DNA of 64,000 nucleotides from Planctomycetota bacterium. GTDB taxonomy: Bacteria > Planctomycetota > B15-G4 > SIAN01. A program made the translations under genes and the position numbers. The notes under the pieces are model-generated. The model was not told the origin of the DNA and made no database searches. It saw only the letters and a program-made list of their open reading frames with translations. The stretch lies in NCBI GenBank assembly GCA_031409275.1, contig JANNXA010000016.1, forward strand, positions 64,001-128,000, written 5' to 3'. This document shows, piece after piece, positions 57,056 to 64,000 of the stretch. Numbering within the stretch: position 1 is the stretch's first letter; each line of letters begins with the position of its first letter.

Positions 57056-59416
57056 ATGGCCACGCCTCTCGATCGCCGCCAGTTCCTGCAGCTTGCAGGC
57101 GGAGCCGCCAGCGGTGCGCTGATCGCCGGCTGTCACCACGAAGAGGATCCGTACGCGCTCGAGCGACCCGAAGTCCCCGGCGCCGACGGGTTCATGCGCG
57201 GCGAGGAGCGCTTCATCGCCACGGCGTGCGCGCAGTGCCCAGCCGGCTGCGGAACCCGTGTCCGCGTCGTCGAGGGACGGGCAGTGAAGATCGAGGGACA
57301 CCACTCCTCGCCCGTGAACCGCGGCGGCATCGGCCCGCGCGGCCTTTCGGCATTGCAGGCGCTCTACGACCCCGACCGGGTGCGCACGCCGCTGCGCCGA
57401 GTCGGCAAGGGGGCGGGCTCGAAACTCGAGCCGATCGGTTGGGACGAGGCGATCGCGCTGCTGTCGACCCGCCTGACCGAGCTTCGCGCGCGCGGCGCGC
57501 CCGAGCAGCTCGCCATCGTCTGCGGACGCGAGCGCGGCACGATGCTCGAGCTGTGGCAGCGCTTTGCCGCCGCGTACGGCACGCCGAATCTCCTCAACAG
57601 CCGCGATCACGCGGAAGGAGTCGTCGCGCACGCCGTGCGGCTGATGCAAGGCGGCAACGAACCACCGGCGTACGACTGGCCGCGAGCGCGTTACGTGTTG
57701 AGCCTCGGCTCCGGGCTGCTCGACTCCTCCTGTCAGCTCGTGGCGTTCGCGCGCGCGCAGCACGAGCGGCGCGACGGTTCCGCCGGCGGGCGTGCCAAGG
57801 TCGTCCATCTCGGCGCGTGGCGTTCGCGCACCGCGGTGAACGCCGATGAGTTCCTGGTGATGAAGCCAGGGTCGGCCGCGGCGATCGCGCTGGGTCTCGC
57901 CCACCTGCTCGTGCGCGACGGAGTCCATGACGCGGCGTTCGTCGCCGATCACGGCTTCGGCTTCGCTCCATGGCTCGACCGCGCCGGCGTCGAGCAGCCG
58001 GGCCTCGCGGCTCGATTGGCCGACTACGCGCCAGCGCGGGTCGCGGAGCTCACCGGCGTGCCCGTGGCCGAACTCGAGCGCATCGCGCGCGAACTCGTCG
58101 CGCAGAAGCCGGCGTTCGTGGTCGCTGGCGGCGAAGAGCTGCTGCTCGCTCACGGCCTCGAAGCGGCGCTCGCGATCCACGCGCTGAATGGACTGTTGGG
58201 CGCCATTGATCGGCCGGGTGGACTGCTCACGCAGCGGCCCGCGCCACTCGATGGCTGGCCGGAATTCGAGCCCGACGAAGTGGCGCAAGCCGGCCTCGCG
58301 CGGCCGCGCATCGACGGGGTCGGCACGGCGCGCCTGCCTTCGTGCGGAACGGTGCTGGACGCGCTGCCCGAAGCGCTGCAGCGCGGCGCCGTCGACACGC
58401 TGCTGCTCCACTACGCGAACCCGGCGTGGTCACGTCCGGGCGCCGCCCGGTGGCGTGAAGCGCTGGCGCGCGTGCCGTTCCTCGTGAGCTTCAGTCCCTA
58501 CCTCGACGAGACTTGCGCCGACCTCGCCGACCTCGTGCTGCCCGACAGCTCGTCGCTCGAGCGGTTCGAGGATGCCGCACCGGGACCGAGCGTCGGCTTC
58601 CCGGTCTTCGGCATCGCGCAGCCGACCGTCGCCACTCTCCACTCGACGCGACCCAGCGGCGATGTCGTGCTCGCGCTGGCGAAGGCGATGGGCGAGCCGC
58701 TGGCCGCAGCGTTCCCGTGGGCGGACTTCAAAGCGGCGCTGCTCAAGCGCGTGGTCGGACTCCACAACGCCAAGCGCGGCACCATCGTCGAGACCAAGGG
58801 CTCCGACTTCCTGAAGCGCCTCTACGAAGAGGGCAGCTGGAGCGAGCCGGGCTACGTCTACGAGCAGTGGGATGCCGTGCTGACCACGCCGTCGGGCCGC
58901 TTCGAATTCGCATCGCAACCGCTCGCGCAGGAGCGCGCGGCGCTGACCGGTGGCGCCGCATCGATCGACGCGCTGCCGCGCCACGTCGAGCTGCCGACGC
59001 CACCACCGGATCGCCCGTGGCTCCTGCTGGCGTATCGGCCCGGCAGCTACGCGACCGGCAGCGGCGCCAACCTGCCGTGGCTGCGACGCGTCGCCCCTGA
59101 AGTGCACGCGAACGGCGGCGTCTCGGTCGTGGTGGTCCATCCGGAGACGGCGCTCGCGGCAGGAGTCGGCGCCGGCAGCCACGTCGAGCTCGAGAGCGTT
59201 CACGGCCGCGTGCAGGCGATCGCGCGACTCGATCGTGACGTGGCGCGCGGCGTCGTGGTGATGGCGGAAGGCGGCGGCCACACGGCGTTCGGGCGCTACG
59301 CGCGCGGGCGAGGCGCCAACGTGATGGAGTTGTTCGCCGCCGGCGAAACGGACTGCGCCGGAAGCGTTGCGGCGGCGCGCGCCGCGCACGTCTCGATGCG
59401 AAGGAGCGCGTCATGA
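57056..59416 (+). CDS. Molybdopterin-oxidoreductase-fold subunit, QrcB/ActB-like (Tat lipoprotein)
   Basis: DRRQFL Tat motif and LIAGC lipobox; CAQCPAGC; KIEG..SPVNRG; LYDPDRVRTPL; ADLVLP; C-terminal molybdopterin-dinucleotide-binding-like domain. Confidence 0.88.
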   Translation: MATPLDRRQFLQLAGGAASGALIAGCHHEEDPYALERPEVPGADGFMRGEERFIATACAQCPAGCGTRVRVVEGRAVKIEGHHSSPVNRGGIGPRGLSALQALYDPDRVRTPLRRVGKGAGSKLEPIGWDEAIALLSTRLTELRARGAPEQLAIVCGRERGTMLELWQRFAAAYGTPNLLNSRDHAEGVVAHAVRLMQGGNEPPAYDWPRARYVLSLGSGLLDSSCQLVAFARAQHERRDGSAGGRAKVVHLGAWRSRTAVNADEFLVMKPGSAAAIALGLAHLLVRDGVHDAAFVADHGFGFAPWLDRAGVEQPGLAARLADYAPARVAELTGVPVAELERIARELVAQKPAFVVAGGEELLLAHGLEAALAIHALNGLLGAIDRPGGLLTQRPAPLDGWPEFEPDEVAQAGLARPRIDGVGTARLPSCGTVLDALPEALQRGAVDTLLLHYANPAWSRPGAARWREALARVPFLVSFSPYLDETCADLADLVLPDSSSLERFEDAAPGPSVGFPVFGIAQPTVATLHSTRPSGDVVLALAKAMGEPLAAAFPWADFKAALLKRVVGLHNAKRGTIVETKGSDFLKRLYEEGSWSEPGYVYEQWDAVLTTPSGRFEFASQPLAQERAALTGGAASIDALPRHVELPTPPPDRPWLLLAYRPGSYATGSGANLPWLRRVAPEVHANGGVSVVVVHPETALAAGVGAGSHVELESVHGRVQAIARLDRDVARGVVVMAEGGGHTAFGRYARGRGANVMELFAAGETDCAGSVAAARAAHVSMRRSAS

Positions 59417-60237
59417 CGAGCAGTCGCCGCGGGGTCCTGCGCACGCTCGGCACGGCGCTGCTCGGAGCCCTGTTGCCGTCGCGGCGCGCGAACGCGCAAA
59501 CGGCAGCGTCGAAGCGAACGCTGACCGCGGATGGCCACACGCCGCGCTGGGGAATGGCAATCGACCTCGACCTCTGCACTGCCTGCGGCGGTTGCGTAGT
59601 CGCCTGCGCCAGCGAGAACAACCTGCCGTTGCCCGACGACTCGACCGACGCGGCCGGCACCGGCGTCTCGTGGATGGAACTCGTCGCGCCGCGCTCGGGC
59701 GAGCAAGGAGTCGTCGCCGAGCTCGCGCCGATGCCCTGCATGCACTGCGACAACCCGCCCTGCACGAAAGTCTGCCCGGTCGGAGCGACCTACCAGAACG
59801 AGGAGGGGCTCGTCGTCCAGATCTGGGATCGCTGCATCGGCTGTCGCTATTGCACCGCCGCGTGTCCCTACTCGCGCCGCTACTACAACTGGTCGAAGCC
59901 GGAGTTCCCTGACGACCTGCGCAACCTGCTCAACCCCGACGTCGCGACGCGCCCCGAAGGGGTCGTCGAGAAGTGCACCTTCTGCGTCCATCGGCTGCGC
60001 AAGACGAAGGAGAACGTCCGCCGCGAAGGGCGCCTGCTGACCGACGACGACGTCGTCCGGCTGCCGGCGTGCGCACAGTCGTGCCCGGCCAGCGCGATCG
60101 TCTTCGGCGACCTCGCCGACCCGACCAGTCGCGTCGCGCACGCGGCCGCCAGCCCGCGCGCCTCGCGCCTGCTCGAGCACCTCGGCACGCAGCCCAAGGT
60201 CTACTACTTGTCGAAGGACCGCAGGAGGAGTTCATGA
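59413..60237 (+). CDS. Multi-[4Fe-4S] ferredoxin subunit, QrcC/NrfC/DmsB-like
   Basis: CTACGGCVVAC, CMHCDNPPCTKVCP, CIGCRYCTAACP, EKCTFC...PACAQSCP, GTQPKVYY. Confidence 0.95.
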   Translation: MTSSRRGVLRTLGTALLGALLPSRRANAQTAASKRTLTADGHTPRWGMAIDLDLCTACGGCVVACASENNLPLPDDSTDAAGTGVSWMELVAPRSGEQGVVAELAPMPCMHCDNPPCTKVCPVGATYQNEEGLVVQIWDRCIGCRYCTAACPYSRRYYNWSKPEFPDDLRNLLNPDVATRPEGVVEKCTFCVHRLRKTKENVRREGRLLTDDDVVRLPACAQSCPASAIVFGDLADPTSRVAHAAASPRASRLLEHLGTQPKVYYLSKDRRRSS

Positions 60238-61799
60238 GCGGTGAAGCGGACGGGCGAGAGCACGCCGCGACCGACGTGCTGCCCTTCGGAATCGGCCGCC
60301 TCTCGAAGCGCACCGTCGTCGCGGCGCTGCTGCTGCTCTGCGGCCTGGCATTCGGACTGATTGCCTACGCGCAGCAGCTGCTGCACGGCGACATCGTCAG
60401 CGGCCTGCGCACGATCGGCGGAGGCGGCGCGACCTGGGGCCTCTACATCGTCCTCGACGTCACCTTCGTCGGCTTCAGCTTCGCCGCGATGCTGGTGGTG
60501 GTGATCGAGCGACTCTTCCACGTGCGCGCGCTGCAGCCGGTGACGCGCCTCGCCGAGTGGATCGCGCTGCTGTCGCTGGTGATGGGCGGGATGTGTGTGC
60601 TCGCCGACCTCGGTCGCCCGCTGCAGGGCCTGTTGAACCTGCCGCGCTACGCGCGCATCACCTCTCCCTTCTTCGGGACCTTCGCGCTGGTGATCGGGGG
60701 CTACCTCTTCGCGACCCTCGTGCAGCTCTTCCTGTCGGGTCGCGCCGATGCCGCATGGTGCCTCGAGCGCAAGCCGCCGCTCCCGTTGCTCCACCGGGTC
60801 TGGGCCGCCGGCTTCCGCGGCAGCGCCGGCGAGCGTTGGCGCCACGCACGCGTCAGCGGCTGGATCGCGGTTGCGATCCTGCCGTTGCTGGTCATCGCTC
60901 ACTCGACCCTCGGATTCATCTTCGGCATCCAGGCCGGGCGACCGGGTTGGTTCAGCGCGCTCGCAGCGCCGGGCTTCCTGCTCCTCGCCGGAGTCTCCGG
61001 TGTCGGGTTGCTGCTGCTGGTGGCGGCGGGCGCGCGGCGGTGGCTCGGCCTGCACGAGGCGCTTGGCGAGGCGACGTTCCGCTGGCTCTCGAACCTCCTG
61101 CTGGTGCTCACGGCGGCGTTCCTCTACCTGCTCGCGGTCGAGGAGCTGACCGCGTGGTACGCCGCCTCGACGCAGGACTTCGAGCTGGCTCGCGAGCGCA
61201 TCGCCGGCGCGTTCGCGCTCCCCTTCTGGACGATGGTCGGCTGCTTCGTGGTCGCCGTCGGCGCGCTGCTGGTCGAGTGGACGCGGCGGCGCGTCTCGAT
61301 GCCGCTGATCGTCGCCGTCGCGCTCCTCGTGAACGTCGGCGCGTTCTGCAAGCGCTGGCTGATCGTGGTCCCATCGCAGACGCACGGAATGCTGCTCCCC
61401 TACGGTCACGGAAGCTACGTGCCGACCTGGGTCGAGTGGGGCGTGACGCTTGGGGTGCTTTGCGTCGGTGCGCTGTTGCTGCTGGTGGTAGCGAAGCTCT
61501 TCCCGCTGGTGCCCGTCGATCGGACGCCGGCACCCGCGACCCGACCACCCGACGCACTCGAAGGCGGACGCGGCGTCGCGCGCGTCGTGATCGCGCTGTC
61601 GACGTTCGCCGCCGGCTCGCTGCTGCTGGTGGCCGGCTTCCTCTGGAGCGCGCGCTACGGCAGCGACCACTACGTCGATCCGCCGGTGCCGTTCAGCCCG
61701 GTGATCTTCATCGCGGGCGTGGTGATGACCTTCTATGCCGCCGCCGTCTTCGAGACGATTCCGTTCACGCGATCGGTGACGCGCGCCACCAAGGAGTAG
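60234..61799 (+). CDS. NrfD/PsrC-family membrane anchor, QrcD-like, with C-terminal extension
   Basis: TWGLYI, ADLGRP, SPFF, AHSTLGFIFG..GRPGW, KRWLIVVP, YVPTWVEW; two extra hydrophobic helices at the C-terminus. Confidence 0.92.
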   Translation: MSGEADGREHAATDVLPFGIGRLSKRTVVAALLLLCGLAFGLIAYAQQLLHGDIVSGLRTIGGGGATWGLYIVLDVTFVGFSFAAMLVVVIERLFHVRALQPVTRLAEWIALLSLVMGGMCVLADLGRPLQGLLNLPRYARITSPFFGTFALVIGGYLFATLVQLFLSGRADAAWCLERKPPLPLLHRVWAAGFRGSAGERWRHARVSGWIAVAILPLLVIAHSTLGFIFGIQAGRPGWFSALAAPGFLLLAGVSGVGLLLLVAAGARRWLGLHEALGEATFRWLSNLLLVLTAAFLYLLAVEELTAWYAASTQDFELARERIAGAFALPFWTMVGCFVVAVGALLVEWTRRRVSMPLIVAVALLVNVGAFCKRWLIVVPSQTHGMLLPYGHGSYVPTWVEWGVTLGVLCVGALLLLVVAKLFPLVPVDRTPAPATRPPDALEGGRGVARVVIALSTFAAGSLLLVAGFLWSARYGSDHYVDPPVPFSPVIFIAGVVMTFYAAAVFETIPFTRSVTRATKE

Positions 61800-61928
61800 C
61801 CCACGCCACGCGGGCGGCACTCGTCCTCCCTTGGCGGCCACTCCACCCACGCCATGGTCTTGCAAGTCCGCGTTCTCTCTCTACGGTGCGGAGCCTGGAA
61901 CAATCCCCCCCCCACCTTGGAGTTCGAC

Positions 61929-62924
61929 ATGCGGAGTTGGATATCGATCTCGATCCTCGCGGCGCTCATGCCCGCTCCGGCTTTCGCCGGCGACTGCGAC
62001 GGCGCGGACGGCTGGCACAACGCGGCTCCGACCGAAGCCGCCATCGGCTCGACGGTCGACGTCTGCCTGCACGGTCCGGCCAATGAGATGGGACTGCTCC
62101 TGGTCTCGGGCACTCAGGGATCGCTGCCGAGCAAGTACGGCACGATCTGCGTCGGCTTCCCGACGATCACCGATGTCCTGTTCACGCTCGACGTGAACGG
62201 CACCTTCTGCTTCCAGGCCGAGATCGACTGCGATCCGACGCTCGTCGGGATCACGGTCTACTCGCAATTCATCACCTGCCGGCCGAACATCGGCATCTCG
62301 AACCTCGTCGCGACGACGATCACCGACGCGCTCTGCGACGGCGATCTCTGCACCTTCACGCAGGGTGGTTGGGGAACTTCGTGCAGCGGCGGCAACCCCG
62401 GCTGCCGTCGCGATCAGTGGTTCGACACCGTCTATCCCAACGGGCTGACGCTCGGTGACAGCGACGGCATCGATGGCGATTCGGTCTACGCGCTCCACTT
62501 CGATAGCTCGAGCGCGGTCGAGGCGTTCCTTCCGGCCGGCAAGTCGGCGGGAGTGCTCACGGCGGACGCCCACAATCCGACCAAGAGCGCGGCGGGCGTC
62601 TTCGCTGGCCAGCTGCTTTCGGCCAAGCTCAACGTCGGTTTCGATGACGCCGGCGCGCTCGACGATTGCAAGGGTCGCACCGACCTCCTCGTCGGCGACC
62701 TCGTCTTCCAGTCCGGCGTCGATGGCGACCTGATCGGCTGGACGGTCCGCGAAGTTCTCGACCTCGCCGATCAGGCGATCAGCGGCGCGCTCGGAACCGA
62801 CCTCGACCTCGACGGCGACGGCCACGCCGAGCTGACGATCAGCGACCTCAGCGACGCGCTCGACGTGCTGAACAACAACTTCGACAACGGCACGTCGAAC
62901 CTCGGGCACCTCGGCATCGGCTGA
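61929..62924 (+). CDS. Secreted Cys/Asp-rich hypothetical protein
   Basis: Signal peptide (ILAALMPAPAFA); CTFTQGGWG; AGVFAGQLLSAKLNVGFD; DLDGDG acidic loop. Confidence 0.75.
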   Translation: MRSWISISILAALMPAPAFAGDCDGADGWHNAAPTEAAIGSTVDVCLHGPANEMGLLLVSGTQGSLPSKYGTICVGFPTITDVLFTLDVNGTFCFQAEIDCDPTLVGITVYSQFITCRPNIGISNLVATTITDALCDGDLCTFTQGGWGTSCSGGNPGCRRDQWFDTVYPNGLTLGDSDGIDGDSVYALHFDSSSAVEAFLPAGKSAGVLTADAHNPTKSAAGVFAGQLLSAKLNVGFDDAGALDDCKGRTDLLVGDLVFQSGVDGDLIGWTVREVLDLADQAISGALGTDLDLDGDGHAELTISDLSDALDVLNNNFDNGTSNLGHLGIG

Positions 62925-62943
62925 GCTTCCACCACGGCATCTG

Positions 62944-62989
62944 GCGGGCCCGGCACGGCGAGGAGCCGCGCCGGGCCCGCGTCGTTTCT
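62944..62989 (+). terminator. Putative intrinsic terminator-like hairpin
   Basis: GCGGGCCCGGC...GCCGGGCCCGC stem 20 nt after the stop, followed by GTCGTTTCT (weak U-tract). Confidence 0.45.
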
Positions 62990-63120
62990 GCCGCGGAGGG
63001 GCCGCCTGAGGAGGCGGCTGCCGAGAGGAATCCCCCAGGTTCCGGGAAGTAAAGCCGCGGCCGCGCGCCTGCCGATTAGTCGACTCGCTCCCGTTTCGAA
63101 CCGGGTCGAGGACGCGCTCC

Positions 63121-63819
63121 ATGACACCACTGATCGCAAGCCGTCGATCACTCTTGCCGCACCGCCGCCAGTGCGACGGCTTGGGCCTGATCGATTGCCT
63201 CGTGTCTCTCGTCGTGATCTCGCTGTCGAGCTTCGGGTTCCTCGCCGCCTCGATGTCGTCCACCGCGCTCGACGTCGAGACGCGCACGATCGCGGCCGCG
63301 AACCGGATCACGCGCGGGGTGCTGGAAGAGATGCAGTCGATCCCGATGGACGAGCTCATCCGGCGCTTCAACGCCGACCCGGCCGACGATCCCGACGGGC
63401 CCGGCACCGCGCGCGGCGACACGTTCGAGCTGCAAACGACGGAAACGAAACGCGACCCGCTAGTCGTCGTCGAGGACCTCTACGACCCGAATTGCACTTA
63501 CGACCCGAACGCGAGTTGCAACACGACGACGTCGGATCGCACCAAGGTGTCGATCGGATCGATCCCGCCGAAGATGGATTGCCGCGTCGATCTGCCGACG
63601 ACGATCAGCGGCGGCATCGAGAAGCTGCGCGAGGACACTGTCGCGCCAGAGCTCGGGCTGCCCGCCGACTTGAACGGCGACGGCCAGATCGACTCCGTCG
63701 ACCACTTCGCCGACTTCAAGATCCTCCCGGTGCGCATCCGCATCCAGTGGCCTGGCTCTGACGGCAGCCTCCGGAGCGTCGACCTCACCGCGGTGCTCGG
63801 CGGCAGGGGCAAGTCGTGA
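63121..63819 (+). CDS. Prepilin-type (pilin/pseudopilin-like) protein
   Basis: Basic leader, then G|LGLIDCLVSLVVISLSSFGFLAA hydrophobic helix; DLNGDGQID calcium-binding-like loop. Confidence 0.7.
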   Translation: MTPLIASRRSLLPHRRQCDGLGLIDCLVSLVVISLSSFGFLAASMSSTALDVETRTIAAANRITRGVLEEMQSIPMDELIRRFNADPADDPDGPGTARGDTFELQTTETKRDPLVVVEDLYDPNCTYDPNASCNTTTSDRTKVSIGSIPPKMDCRVDLPTTISGGIEKLREDTVAPELGLPADLNGDGQIDSVDHFADFKILPVRIRIQWPGSDGSLRSVDLTAVLGGRGKS

Positions 63820-64000
63820 TGCGCCGCAAACCCCGCACGAGGTCGCGCGCCGAGGCGGGCGTCTCGATGATCGACGTGCTCATGGGCGCCGCCGTCATGG
63901 CGACCGTGCTGGGCGGCGTCACGACGTTCCTGAGCTCGGCGATCGCCGGCAGTCGCACGACGACCGAGCGGGCGATCCTGGCGCGGCGCGCTTGCGAAAC
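63819..64000 (+). CDS. Prepilin-type protein (partial, runs off the window end)
   Basis: MRRKPRTRSRAEAG|VSMIDVLMGAAVMATVLGG; TGATG overlap with the previous gene. Confidence 0.65.
   Translation, partial: MRRKPRTRSRAEAGVSMIDVLMGAAVMATVLGGVTTFLSSAIAGSRTTTERAILARRACE

Noticed and set aside
1..64000. tRNA, rRNA, CRISPR arrays, integrase, or a second VR target within the window
   Set aside because: None was recognised by eye. tRNAscan, Infernal and a TR BLAST would be needed to exclude them formally.

Overview
This is a high-GC bacterial window, most likely Planctomycetota, judged from the PSCyt/PSD1 cytochrome plus DUF1501 pair, the TIGR02999-type ECF sigma/kinase pair and many secreted multidomain proteins. 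Most of it is metabolic or envelope genes: sucA, a TrmB-like methyltransferase, a ROK kinase, xylA-xylB, CotH, a TolB-like protein, a Qrc/ACIII-like respiratory cluster and pilin-like genes. The main feature is an accessory block at about 23.6-34.8 kb holding a complete diversity-generating retroelement (DGR). Its order is ECF sigma factor -> Ser/Thr kinase-NACHT-FGE/CLec target (VR 28109-28239) -> HRDC -> Avd -> reverse transcriptase -> TR (30388-30518) -> structured 3' RNA. Aligned by hand, TR and VR differ at 14 of 131 positions, all at TR adenines, and 13 of the 14 are A->T. The inferred system is a hypermutable NLR-like sensor kinase wired to a phosphorylation-type ECF sigma factor. Also present: two copies of a 158-bp MITE-like element with terminal inverted repeats and 3-bp target duplications, a RapZ-CTD gene coupled to a glycosyltransferase-sulfotransferase-methyltransferase fusion, and a CLCA-like metalloprotease operon. 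All family calls come from motif recognition by eye; no searches were run.
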